Of a stretch of DNA of 64,000 nt, positions 18,281 to 27,154 are shown in pieces. The notes beneath the pieces were generated by a model that made no database searches, was not told the DNA's origin, and was given only the letters and a program-made list of their open reading frames with translations. Position 1 is the first letter of the stretch; each line of letters opens with the position of its first letter. The translations under genes and the position numbers were made by a program. The DNA comes from an uncultured virus (IMG/VR IMGVR_UViG_3300010355_000481) (lineage: Duplodnaviria; Heunggongvirae; Uroviricota; Caudoviricetes; Crassvirales), in IMG/VR virus record IMGVR_UViG_3300010355_000481. The stretch is one strand, 5' to 3'.

Positions 18281-18766
18281 ATGGCAAATATGTGCAGTAA
18301 TACAGTATGGTTTCAAGGTTCTTACGAGGATTTAAAACCTTTGTATGATTTATTGATTCAATACGATATTCTTTGTTCTCATCATCGAGAAATTGATTTA
18401 AGTCAGTATCCCCCTAAATTTGAAGAATTTAATTGGTATACTTCTGATTATTATATCGAAGATAGTTTTGAAGAGTTTAATGATAGTTTTTATATTGAAT
18501 TCCTCACACGTTGGGCCCCTAGACCTGAATGTATTGTCAAATTGGCTGAACACTATAAACTTGATTTTACATATGCTTACGAAGAAGGTTCAAATGAATA
18601 CGGAGAATTTAAGTATGAAAATGGGATAATTATGAATCGATGTTTAGATGAACTAGAAACAAAAATGTTAGAAGGTAAACACCATTTTAACGACGGATTA
18701 TTTGAATTATTTGATAACTATTTAGAAACTAAATTATGGATACCTTACACCTTGAACGAGTCTTAG
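18281..18766 (+). CDS. YubB/DUF1281 ferredoxin-like domain protein
   Basis: MANMCSN...FLTRWAP...YAYEEG signature. Confidence 0.7.
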   Translation: MANMCSNTVWFQGSYEDLKPLYDLLIQYDILCSHHREIDLSQYPPKFEEFNWYTSDYYIEDSFEEFNDSFYIEFLTRWAPRPECIVKLAEHYKLDFTYAYEEGSNEYGEFKYENGIIMNRCLDELETKMLEGKHHFNDGLFELFDNYLETKLWIPYTLNES

Positions 18767-18957
18767 ATCATGTAAATGACGAAGAATTAGTATATTTTGA
18801 AGAAGAACATGAAATAACTTTACCTGAAGATCTTGACGAATCTATAGCTAAAATAGAAGAACTAGATTTAACTCATGAAGTTCTTTATAGTGTTTTAAAA
18901 GTTAGACGTTCACTAATTCCTCCTGTTCACGAAAACGCAGTTACTAAAGAAAGATGA
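18736..18957 (+). CDS. small acidic hypothetical protein
   Basis: 73-aa ORF in gene chain. Confidence 0.55.
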   Translation: MDTLHLERVLDHVNDEELVYFEEEHEITLPEDLDESIAKIEELDLTHEVLYSVLKVRRSLIPPVHENAVTKER

Positions 18958-19277
18958 ACACATCAGGATTTGAAGACACTTTATTAAAACTTCATCGTCA
19001 ATACAGTAAAGACGAAATTATCGGATTACTTGAACAAAAAGTAAAAAAATTAGAGTATAATCAAGGAATATTAAAATCTGACATCGCAGAGCTTTATCAT
19101 GAACTTGAGTTAAAATATACTCCAGAGCCTTGTAATTTAATAGAAAACCAATTACGGGGTAAAAATGGTGCCTTACGTAAAGAACTTAAATTGCGAGAGG
19201 AACAGATCAAAGAATTAACAAATCGCTTAATGGTATACCAAAAAACAGAAAAAGATGAACAAATCACAAGTGATTGA
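18954..19277 (+). CDS. coiled-coil hypothetical protein
   Basis: 107 aa with heptad pattern. Confidence 0.6.
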   Translation: MNTSGFEDTLLKLHRQYSKDEIIGLLEQKVKKLEYNQGILKSDIAELYHELELKYTPEPCNLIENQLRGKNGALRKELKLREEQIKELTNRLMVYQKTEKDEQITSD

Positions 19278-19455
19278 TAGATTAATAGATTACGGTATTA
19301 GTACTATCCCAGATAATATTACGAAAAAAGATATACCTAGGCTTAATTCTCATATTCAAGGATCTTTATTATATTTTCATTCAAGTACTAACGCCGAGTT
19401 AGAGAGTATTTGGAAATTTACTTTTCTTGAAACTATAACTATCACAGATGACTAA
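19255..19455 (+). CDS. small hypothetical protein
   Basis: 66-aa ORF overlapping neighbours. Confidence 0.55.
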   Translation: MNKSQVIDRLIDYGISTIPDNITKKDIPRLNSHIQGSLLYFHSSTNAELESIWKFTFLETITITDD

Positions 19456-20500
19456 AGAAGAATATAAAAGACTAATGGGTTACAACATAACTACCTTATT
19501 TACATTTATGGTATTTCATAATTCTTTATATAGAAAATATAAAGGATTATTATATAACTGTTATGGATACAATAAAGAAGTTACAACCCCAGAAAATACA
19601 TTAAGTGATGATTTTGCCTACTTTGTATTTGAATACGCCACTTATTTAGATGAAGATCTTGATAATGAATTTAATCTCCACCCTGCATTTATATCAAAAC
19701 AGTATGCAGGAGATTATATCGTGATCAAAGTTGATAAGTGGTATTATATGGACAAAAAAGATTGGGAATTAATACGTAATAGTCAGTACGCCGATATTTC
19801 AGGTAGATTATTAAGAGGAATAAAGCAACTAAAACCTACTAATTTAGTAAACAGTATTGTTAATAAGAATCTTTTATTACAGCAAGAATTATCTGAATAC
19901 TTAGAGGAAGATATTACTAAAACAAATATGTTTTGGAAAGTGTTCGAACCTCAATATGAAGTCTTAATTTTATCGGAAATTACCGAGATGACTATGATGA
20001 CATACAGTAAAGATTGGATCTTGAAAGAAATTAAAAATGCTTCTATAGCAGATAAAATCGTTTACCAAAACGTATTGGCTAACAGTACTGAATGTACTAC
20101 TCCCCAAATTATTTCTTTAGGTCACGAACCTAAAGAAACTAAATATCCTACGGATTTTACTTATTTGCATGAAAAATTGCAAGATAAATTAGTAGAATTA
20201 GTGGGTAAGAAACAATATCGCGTAGAAATCAAAGGAACTAAGTATAGTTTTCTCCCGAACGCAACTGATTTAACTACTAAATTAGTTAAAGTTTGTAAAA
20301 AATACAATCTTACCGATATTAATAAAGTAGAGAAATGCCTTATGGCCCATTTATCGAAACTTAAAGCACCGCTACTTGATTATTATATTATGAAAGATAA
20401 TATATCAAGACTTGCAGCAGATTATGAAACATGGGATGACGAGAATACAGAAGTTAAACGTGTAGTTATTGACGCTAAAAAAGCATTCTCGAATGGATAA
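19448..20500 (+). CDS. hypothetical protein upstream of helicase (possible two-domain fusion)
   Basis: 350 aa; internal Met cluster EMTMMTY near the midpoint. Confidence 0.65.
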   Translation: MTKEEYKRLMGYNITTLFTFMVFHNSLYRKYKGLLYNCYGYNKEVTTPENTLSDDFAYFVFEYATYLDEDLDNEFNLHPAFISKQYAGDYIVIKVDKWYYMDKKDWELIRNSQYADISGRLLRGIKQLKPTNLVNSIVNKNLLLQQELSEYLEEDITKTNMFWKVFEPQYEVLILSEITEMTMMTYSKDWILKEIKNASIADKIVYQNVLANSTECTTPQIISLGHEPKETKYPTDFTYLHEKLQDKLVELVGKKQYRVEIKGTKYSFLPNATDLTTKLVKVCKKYNLTDINKVEKCLMAHLSKLKAPLLDYYIMKDNISRLAADYETWDDENTEVKRVVIDAKKAFSNG

Positions 20501-21434
20501 ACACGCTAAGATATATAAACCGGAAGATTGTATTGACGAAATGCTTTACGGTCTTAAGCATGGTAAAGTTAAAGGGACTACTACATATAGTCCTTTACTT
20601 GACAATGCTTGGACGTGGAGACTTCAAGAGTTCAATATATGGACTGGTTACGGTAATGAAGGAAAAAGCTTAATGCTTAAACAAGTGTGTCTTATCAAGA
20701 CATTAGAAGAAGGTTGTAACTTTATATTTTCTTCTCCCGAGGATTATCCTCCAGGAGAATTCTTTGATGATATGATCCATACTATAGCTGGCGCTACTAC
20801 TGATAAACATTTTCCAGAAGTTATTTCTCCAGAATTATATATACATTGTTATGAGTTGATCAAAGATCATTTTGATTTTGTGTATATAAAACCGCCACAT
20901 AATACTATCGAAGCTACTATCGAACAAGCAGAAAAGATCATGAAAACTAAAAAGATTACAGGGTTAATTATAGATCCTATACTTAAGTTTTCTAAGTCTA
21001 AAACAGCTCCAGATAGAGATGATCAGTATGCAGGGTATATTGGTGCCTTACTTACGGATACTGCTCGTGTTAATAACATTAGCGTACATATGGTTATGCA
21101 TCAATTGACACCTAAATTAACTGAAATGGGTATATATCCAAAACCTAATATGTATAGCGTAAAAGGCGGAGGTTCTTGGGCAGATGGCGTAGATAATGTT
21201 ATATTTGTACAAAGACCCATGTATGCTAGGGATAAAGAAGATACTGGCGTAGTTTTTGGTTCTCAAAAAATCAAAAAACAAAAACTAGTAGGTATTCCTC
21301 AAGAAGTTCCATTAACTTTCGATCGATTTTCTAATCGATATCGTACGGAAGCCGGTGATTTCTTATTTGATTTTGATAAATTTATTAAAAAACCTTATAA
21401 AACACTAAGTGTAGAAGATGAAAAAGATATTTAA
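20493..21434 (+). CDS. DnaB-like (SF4) replicative helicase
   Basis: Walker A TGYGNEGKS, SPE, Walker B LIIDP, VMHQ, KGGG...DN motifs; ATG 20493. Confidence 0.85.
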   Translation: MDKHAKIYKPEDCIDEMLYGLKHGKVKGTTTYSPLLDNAWTWRLQEFNIWTGYGNEGKSLMLKQVCLIKTLEEGCNFIFSSPEDYPPGEFFDDMIHTIAGATTDKHFPEVISPELYIHCYELIKDHFDFVYIKPPHNTIEATIEQAEKIMKTKKITGLIIDPILKFSKSKTAPDRDDQYAGYIGALLTDTARVNNISVHMVMHQLTPKLTEMGIYPKPNMYSVKGGGSWADGVDNVIFVQRPMYARDKEDTGVVFGSQKIKKQKLVGIPQEVPLTFDRFSNRYRTEAGDFLFDFDKFIKKPYKTLSVEDEKDI

Positions 21435-21678
21435 TTTTATAGGATTTTTCGGAATCCTTTTTTTATCCGGCGGATGTCGGAGAATGAGTACTGATTTTAA
21501 TGAACGGAAAGCCTCAGTAGTTGAAACATGCCCTACTTGTACTTTTGTAATGTCAGAAAATAGATATTACGCTTGTGATACAGGTAAACAACCTAATATT
21601 ATCTATCAAGTTTATTTTAAATCTGGTGGCTGGTTTTTTAAAGCTTCCGATATTGATCACTTAGTAAGAATTAACTAA
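21418..21678 (+). CDS. putative lipoprotein
   Basis: MKK + hydrophobic stretch + LSGG-C lipobox-like sequence. Confidence 0.55.
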   Translation: MKKIFNFIGFFGILFLSGGCRRMSTDFNERKASVVETCPTCTFVMSENRYYACDTGKQPNIIYQVYFKSGGWFFKASDIDHLVRIN

Positions 21679-21869
21679 TGTATAATTTAAGAAATGATAT
21701 ATTAGATGCTATGAAAAATAAAGTCAAAGGTAAAATTTGGAATGCAATAGATGGGGCACTTTCTTATCCTGTTTGGCACCATGTTATCGATGAATCAATT
21801 GTTTATAGTTCGGATATGTTTGCAAATCTTGTAATTAAAAAAGCTAAATTAAACCCAAATAATTGGTAA
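21678..21869 (+). CDS. small hypothetical protein (63 aa)
   Basis: TAATG-coupled ORF. Confidence 0.55.
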   Translation: MYNLRNDILDAMKNKVKGKIWNAIDGALSYPVWHHVIDESIVYSSDMFANLVIKKAKLNPNNW

Positions 21870-21870
21870 A

Positions 21871-22182
21871 ATGAAATATATAAAATTAACAAGCGATCAG
21901 TGGATCGAACAATATGATCCTATCTTTGATGATAATGGGACTTTAGTAGATTATGATCCTCGTATAGATGAAGGATTTGGACTACCAAGCCTTAAAAGAC
22001 AAGATTTAGAAACAGCAATAGCTGAAAATAGAGCTTGGACTATGCTTGATACTGATGGGCATTTGTACATAGTATCAGGCACACATACCGTAAATATGCT
22101 AAGTTATCATATTACGGAAAAACCTTATAACGAAGATGAGGATATTGAAGTTGACTATGAAAGTGACTTTGATGATCAATAA
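21871..22182 (+). CDS. hypothetical acidic protein
   Basis: 103 aa; WTMLD...SG.H.VN...Y.IT pattern seen in phage proteins. Confidence 0.65.
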   Translation: MKYIKLTSDQWIEQYDPIFDDNGTLVDYDPRIDEGFGLPSLKRQDLETAIAENRAWTMLDTDGHLYIVSGTHTVNMLSYHITEKPYNEDEDIEVDYESDFDDQ

Positions 22183-22675
22183 AGAATATCTACAATTAAG
22201 AATTTCAGAAAAGCCGTTAACTTTCAAAAGACGGCCTTTCTTAGAATTCTTTCATATTTATGGAAAAAACTATAAGTTAGAAACAATACACAATGCTTTT
22301 TGTAATTTTTTCGGGATAACCGAAGAAATTTTGGCGGGAAAAAGCCATCAGCATATACATACTCGTCCTAGATTTGTATATATAGCTGTCCTTGCTGCAA
22401 ATGGTATTGATTTTAATACTATAGGTAAAATACTTGGAGGACGAGATCATAGTACATGTATCCATGGCGTAGATACGCTAAAGGATTTATTAGATACCGA
22501 TTCTACTTTTAAATCAAATTGCGACCAATTAATGGAGATTTTATACAACATGGTTGAAACAGATGTTGATGTAAATTTTGAAGTTAAAACTTTTTGTAAG
22601 CTTGTTTTAAACAGTAATTTAATTGATATTCAATTAAAGAAGAAAGCAGAAGAAATTTTAAACATTTTAAATTAA
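22172..22675 (+). CDS. DnaA domain IV (Bac_DnaA_C)-like HTH protein
   Basis: TRPRFVYI...IGKILGGRDHSTCIHG, the DnaA signature GGRDH(T/S)TV. Confidence 0.75.
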   Translation: MINKEYLQLRISEKPLTFKRRPFLEFFHIYGKNYKLETIHNAFCNFFGITEEILAGKSHQHIHTRPRFVYIAVLAANGIDFNTIGKILGGRDHSTCIHGVDTLKDLLDTDSTFKSNCDQLMEILYNMVETDVDVNFEVKTFCKLVLNSNLIDIQLKKKAEEILNILN

Positions 22676-22679
22676 AAAT

Positions 22680-23414
22680 ATGGGAATTTTAACAGCAATT
22701 CACGGACAAATTGGCTCGGGGAAGGACACTGTAGCTCTTATGAGCGTATTATTACATTACCATATCGTTGATATTGGAAATTTTCCCGATATCGATGATT
22801 TTAAACGGGCAGAAAAGACACAATACAGATCTACGAGATATGGTGTCGAAATTAAAAAATTCGCAACTTCTTTACGAAAAGTTGCAGAAATACTTACGGG
22901 TATAGATCATTGGAGATTTGAGGATAGAGATTTTAAAGAAAATTTTTACCGTAACAATCTTACAGGTGAAATACGTCAACGTAATGAATTACCTAATGGA
23001 GCTATTGCTGTAGAAAATTGGCAAAAAGAGGGTTATGAAGAAAATTCATGGATTAAGATTCGTGTATATCTTCAAGATCTTGGTACTGATGCTATTCGTC
23101 GTAGAGATGAACATGCATGGGTAAATGCTTTATTTAGTAAATATAACCCTAAAAAAGACATATGGGCTATCAGCGATATGCGTTTCCCCAACGAGTTTGA
23201 TCGTGTTAAAAAAGAGAACGGGTACACTATAAAAGTAGTTCGTCCAGAAACTGATCGTACGGATTACGAAAACATGCATCCGTCAGAAACTGCTTTACTT
23301 AATCGCGATTTTGATATTACTATTATTAACGATGGTTCTTTAGAGGATTTATTAAAAAAAGTCCATATAGAACTTACAAAAATTAATTTTTATGACGATA
23401 AAGGAAAATATTGA
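22680..23414 (+). CDS. deoxynucleoside monophosphate kinase
   Basis: GQIGSGKDT, FATSLR, RVYLQDLGTD, SDMRFPNE and HPSE motifs. Confidence 0.9.
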   Translation: MGILTAIHGQIGSGKDTVALMSVLLHYHIVDIGNFPDIDDFKRAEKTQYRSTRYGVEIKKFATSLRKVAEILTGIDHWRFEDRDFKENFYRNNLTGEIRQRNELPNGAIAVENWQKEGYEENSWIKIRVYLQDLGTDAIRRRDEHAWVNALFSKYNPKKDIWAISDMRFPNEFDRVKKENGYTIKVVRPETDRTDYENMHPSETALLNRDFDITIINDGSLEDLLKKVHIELTKINFYDDKGKY

Positions 23415-23757
23415 AGAAGTAGAAAGTCTTCAAGCAAAACTTGATCAAGCAACTAATGCCTGCCAAAAACGACTTAAAGATGAAAAAATTTTCGATACTA
23501 CGACAGATAGAGTATTATATTATGCTTTATCCCAAGAAGACCAAGATGAAAGTAATATTGAGTATTATATCAATGCTTATAGTCGTCACGGTCAACTTTA
23601 TGAAGGGTCTGTATATACATTAAATTCTCATGGAGAAATTCTTGTTTATATTAACGATTTAGATGAAAAATGGACTATGAATGTCTCTGATTTAAACGTT
23701 TCTAACTATTTTACAATCTTACAAATAATGAAAAACTCATGGAAACTAGCCAATTAA
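23392..23757 (+). CDS. hypothetical protein
   Basis: 121-aa ORF in gene chain. Confidence 0.6.
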   Translation: MTIKENIEEVESLQAKLDQATNACQKRLKDEKIFDTTTDRVLYYALSQEDQDESNIEYYINAYSRHGQLYEGSVYTLNSHGEILVYINDLDEKWTMNVSDLNVSNYFTILQIMKNSWKLAN

Positions 23758-23963
23758 TGCAAAGATTCTTGATCGATATGAAATGCGATCATTGTGAAGA
23801 AGGGGTTATGCGTCCCGTTCTTCAAATAGCTGCAACTATTTACGAGCATAAATGTAATAATAATGCTTGTGGAAAATCAGCTCATTATTCTAAACAATAC
23901 CCTCATATTGTAGAATTACCTGGTGATATTGCTAAAATAAACAATTCTACGAATGGAAAATAA
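23739..23963 (+). CDS. zinc-ribbon protein
   Basis: CDHC...HKCNNNACG. Confidence 0.6.
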   Translation: METSQLMQRFLIDMKCDHCEEGVMRPVLQIAATIYEHKCNNNACGKSAHYSKQYPHIVELPGDIAKINNSTNGK

Positions 23964-24297
23964 TGTAAAATTTACGACTATTCATAATTATAGTGAAACA
24001 GTCGATTTATCTGCTTTGTTTGATATTAACCCAGACGGTACAGTAACATACTGTATGGTTTCGCTTTCTATCAAAATTGGGGATAACTTTAACGAAACAT
24101 ATGATAATGATAGGTATATTTTCGACGATTTTAAACCTTATTTAGATCGTTGGAAAAGTAGAAGATTAACAAGTGATGATATGTTGGATGAAAGATTCAT
24201 GGAGATTCACGAACTTCTTAACGATACTTTAGTAGATGAAATACTAGAAATTATCGAGGATGGTATAAAATTAGGATGGCACAAATTAAAAAAATAA
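23953..24297 (+). CDS. hypothetical protein
   Basis: 114-aa ORF in gene chain. Confidence 0.6.
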   Translation: MENNVKFTTIHNYSETVDLSALFDINPDGTVTYCMVSLSIKIGDNFNETYDNDRYIFDDFKPYLDRWKSRRLTSDDMLDERFMEIHELLNDTLVDEILEIIEDGIKLGWHKLKK

Positions 24298-25400
24298 TGA
24301 CAATAAAAACAATTATGACCGAAAAGGAGTACAGAACGCTCCCAAATGAAATACTTTCGTATTCTCAGCTCAAAACTTTTGACCAAAGCCGTCATAAGTA
24401 TTATAAACGATATGTACTAGAAGAACAGGATGATGACTCTAATCAGAGTGCACTACTTGGTTCGATAGTGGATTGTTTATTAACATGCCCAGAAGAGTTT
24501 GATAATCGTTTTCATAAGATGACTGGAAACGCTCCTACGGGCCAATGGGGTGAATATATTAACCAATTAAGTACTACGTGTCGTAGATTCTTAAAAGGAG
24601 GTAAATTCACTATAGAATTCACAGATATCATGAAAATTGCTTTCGATGAATTCAAAGAAGTAAATCCTGACAAGTTTAAAGGTAAAGATTTTGAATATAT
24701 CGTATTAAATTATTCCAAAGAAGATTCTCGTTCGAAAATTGTTCCTCGAGATTATTTCCAACAATGTTTAGATCATATCGATAAAACCCCAGTAGATTTA
24801 GCTATGATTACTCGTGCAGAAAAAGTACGAGAAAGTTTAGTTGAAGGTAAGTATACATCTAAATATTTTCAACTCAAAAGTAGTCGTTTAAATCAAACTT
24901 CTGCAACTACTACCGACGATATTGAAGTGTTAAGTCAATTCCCTTATCGTTTTGTTTATCGTGGCCAAGAATTTAAGATCCTTATCGATCGGTTAGAGAT
25001 TAATCATACGACGCAAACTGTAACTGTATACGATATTAAATGTGTATGGGATTCATTAGGGTTTGATTTTACCGTATTTAAAGATCGATATTATCTTCAA
25101 GCTTCTTTGTACTGGACAGGTGTTTCTATGTTTATCAAAGAAATGCTTCCCGGATATACATTAAATGAAGATTTCTTTTTCATTATTGCCGATACTACGT
25201 TGAATTATAAGAGTTGTCTTTATAGATTTCCTCAAGAACTAATTCAATTAGGATTAACTGGTTTTACTGATAAACGTGGACGAAAATGGTCTGGCGTAAA
25301 TGAAATCATGGATGATATACTATTTTGTCGCGAAAATAATGATTATAAAGATAGTCTTTATTTAGCAGAAGTAAATGGCGTTGTAACTATAGAAATCTAA
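24297..25400 (+). CDS. PD-(D/E)XK exonuclease (RecE/ExoVIII-like)
   Basis: LSYSQLK, GSIVDCLL, KILIDRL...VYDIK and YYLQASLY motifs. Confidence 0.85.
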   Translation: MTIKTIMTEKEYRTLPNEILSYSQLKTFDQSRHKYYKRYVLEEQDDDSNQSALLGSIVDCLLTCPEEFDNRFHKMTGNAPTGQWGEYINQLSTTCRRFLKGGKFTIEFTDIMKIAFDEFKEVNPDKFKGKDFEYIVLNYSKEDSRSKIVPRDYFQQCLDHIDKTPVDLAMITRAEKVRESLVEGKYTSKYFQLKSSRLNQTSATTTDDIEVLSQFPYRFVYRGQEFKILIDRLEINHTTQTVTVYDIKCVWDSLGFDFTVFKDRYYLQASLYWTGVSMFIKEMLPGYTLNEDFFFIIADTTLNYKSCLYRFPQELIQLGLTGFTDKRGRKWSGVNEIMDDILFCRENNDYKDSLYLAEVNGVVTIEI

Positions 25401-25403
25401 ATT

Positions 25404-25763
25404 ATGATTACAGTTTTTAGAAATAAAAGTAAGTTTAAATTTTATAAAGATATTGCTAGTATACGTATCGATAATAATTCAATTTATTTGTCGAAAGCTG
25501 CCGTAAATTTATTATCTTTGAATGTAAATATAGGTGAAGACAGTGGAGGTATATATATCGCCAACGGAAAATCTAAAGGTGAGTATACTTTTAAAAATCG
25601 TCCTGGAACTAATACAGTAAATCTTTGTAATAAAGATTTAGCAAATAAAATTAGATCGGTTTTCGGTATAAAATATACAACTCCTTGTATGTTCAACTTA
25701 GACTTGAAAAAAGCAAAAGACGAATACGGATCAACTTGGTTTAAATTAACAGAAATTAAATAA
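25404..25763 (+). CDS. hypothetical basic protein
   Basis: 119-aa ORF between the nuclease and RecA. Confidence 0.6.
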   Translation: MITVFRNKSKFKFYKDIASIRIDNNSIYLSKAAVNLLSLNVNIGEDSGGIYIANGKSKGEYTFKNRPGTNTVNLCNKDLANKIRSVFGIKYTTPCMFNLDLKKAKDEYGSTWFKLTEIK

Positions 25764-25764
25764 T

Positions 25765-26817
25765 ATGGCGAAAGAAAAGAAAAAAATGACCTTAGCAGAA
25801 GCTAAGGCAGCGATTAACAAAGAATACGGTGAGGGTAGTGTCATGTCAGGGACGGATATACCTCCTTGTACTGATGTTGTTAGTACTGGTAGTCTTGGAT
25901 TAGATATTGCCACGGGCGTAGGTGGTTTTCCTATGGATGGGCGTATCATAGAAATTATTGGATGGGGATCTGGAGGAAAAAGTACGTTAGTACAAACCTT
26001 TATAGGAAAATATCAAGAAGCTTTTCCTGATAAAGCAGTTGTTTATTCTGATTCAGAACATTCATTAGATGCGGTATATTCTCCAAAATTAGGAGTAAAA
26101 TTGAATGAATTACAGCTTATTCAAATGGATGAACATGGTGGCGAAGCTGCTTTTGAGAAATCAGAAATGTTAGTACAAACTGGAGAAGTTGGTTTAGTTA
26201 TTTACGATAGTTATAATGGCTTCCAACCTTTAAAAGTTATCCAAGAAGGTCTTACTGATAGTAATATGGGTCTTCATGCTCGTTTATTAGGTAAAGCGGT
26301 TGTAAGGAGTGCTGCTGCGAATATTACCCATAAAACTAACTTTATTTACATCGGGCAACTTCGTGAAAAAATAGGAGTAATGTTTGGTGATAATACTACA
26401 ACTCAAGGGGGTAAAGCTCTTGAATTTTACTCTCATATGAGATTACGTGCTTCTCGTAGTACTACTGTAGCTAATAGTGTAATGGAAGATAATCTTAAAA
26501 TGGGGAATGAACATACGATCGAGGTGTTCAAAAATAAAGTAGCTGCTCCTTTTCGTAAAGCTAAATATAATATTATTTACGGGGAAGGTATTGATATTTA
26601 TGACGAATTAAACACTCTTGGGTTACAGTATGAAATATTTACTAAATCGGGCGCATACACTACTTGTGATGGTCAAAAATACAAAAATGCTGACTTTTTA
26701 GAAAAGTTAAAATCAGATAAGAATTTCTTTGACGATTTGCGTGCACGTACTCTTGAAGCTGGTTTATCTAAAACATCAAAAACAGTAACAGTTGAAAAAG
26801 AAACCATGGAAGAATAG
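25765..26817 (+). CDS. recA: RecA-family recombinase
   Basis: STGSLGLDIATGVGGFP.GRIIEIIG..SGGKST, DSEHSLD, MGLHARL, QLREKIGVMFG...GGKALEFY, KNKVAAPFR. Confidence 0.95.
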   Translation: MAKEKKKMTLAEAKAAINKEYGEGSVMSGTDIPPCTDVVSTGSLGLDIATGVGGFPMDGRIIEIIGWGSGGKSTLVQTFIGKYQEAFPDKAVVYSDSEHSLDAVYSPKLGVKLNELQLIQMDEHGGEAAFEKSEMLVQTGEVGLVIYDSYNGFQPLKVIQEGLTDSNMGLHARLLGKAVVRSAAANITHKTNFIYIGQLREKIGVMFGDNTTTQGGKALEFYSHMRLRASRSTTVANSVMEDNLKMGNEHTIEVFKNKVAAPFRKAKYNIIYGEGIDIYDELNTLGLQYEIFTKSGAYTTCDGQKYKNADFLEKLKSDKNFFDDLRARTLEAGLSKTSKTVTVEKETMEE

Positions 26818-27082
26818 AGCTGCTTGGTTAGTCCTTATTCAGAAATGGTGGGATGAAATGAAAGATAAGCGTTGTCAAGCTTGTGGTAAAAAGATATGGG
26901 GCGAGAATAAAACCTTATATTGGGACCATTTACTTGATAAAGCTAAATATCCTGAATTTGATCTCGAAAAAAATAACCATTTCTTTTGTTGTTGGGATTG
27001 TCACACCGAAAAAGGTAATGGATTCCCAAAACCTAAACATCTGGAAGCAATCGAAAAAGCTAAAGAACAGTTTTTAAACTAA
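26792..27082 (+). CDS. small HNH endonuclease
   Basis: CQACG...DHLL...N....CWDCH. Confidence 0.7.
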   Translation: MKKKPWKNRAAWLVLIQKWWDEMKDKRCQACGKKIWGENKTLYWDHLLDKAKYPEFDLEKNNHFFCCWDCHTEKGNGFPKPKHLEAIEKAKEQFLN

Positions 27083-27086
27083 ATGA

Positions 27087-27120
27087 AAAATCCCCTACTA
27101 TAACGGTAGGGGATTTTATT
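27087..27120. terminator. bidirectional intrinsic terminator between convergent halves
   Basis: AAAATCCCCTAC-TATAACG-GTAGGGGATTTT with A run on the left and T run on the right. Confidence 0.85.
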
Positions 27121-27154
27121 TTAGCCTATGGCTCAAAATTCCTGTCGGGGAAAA

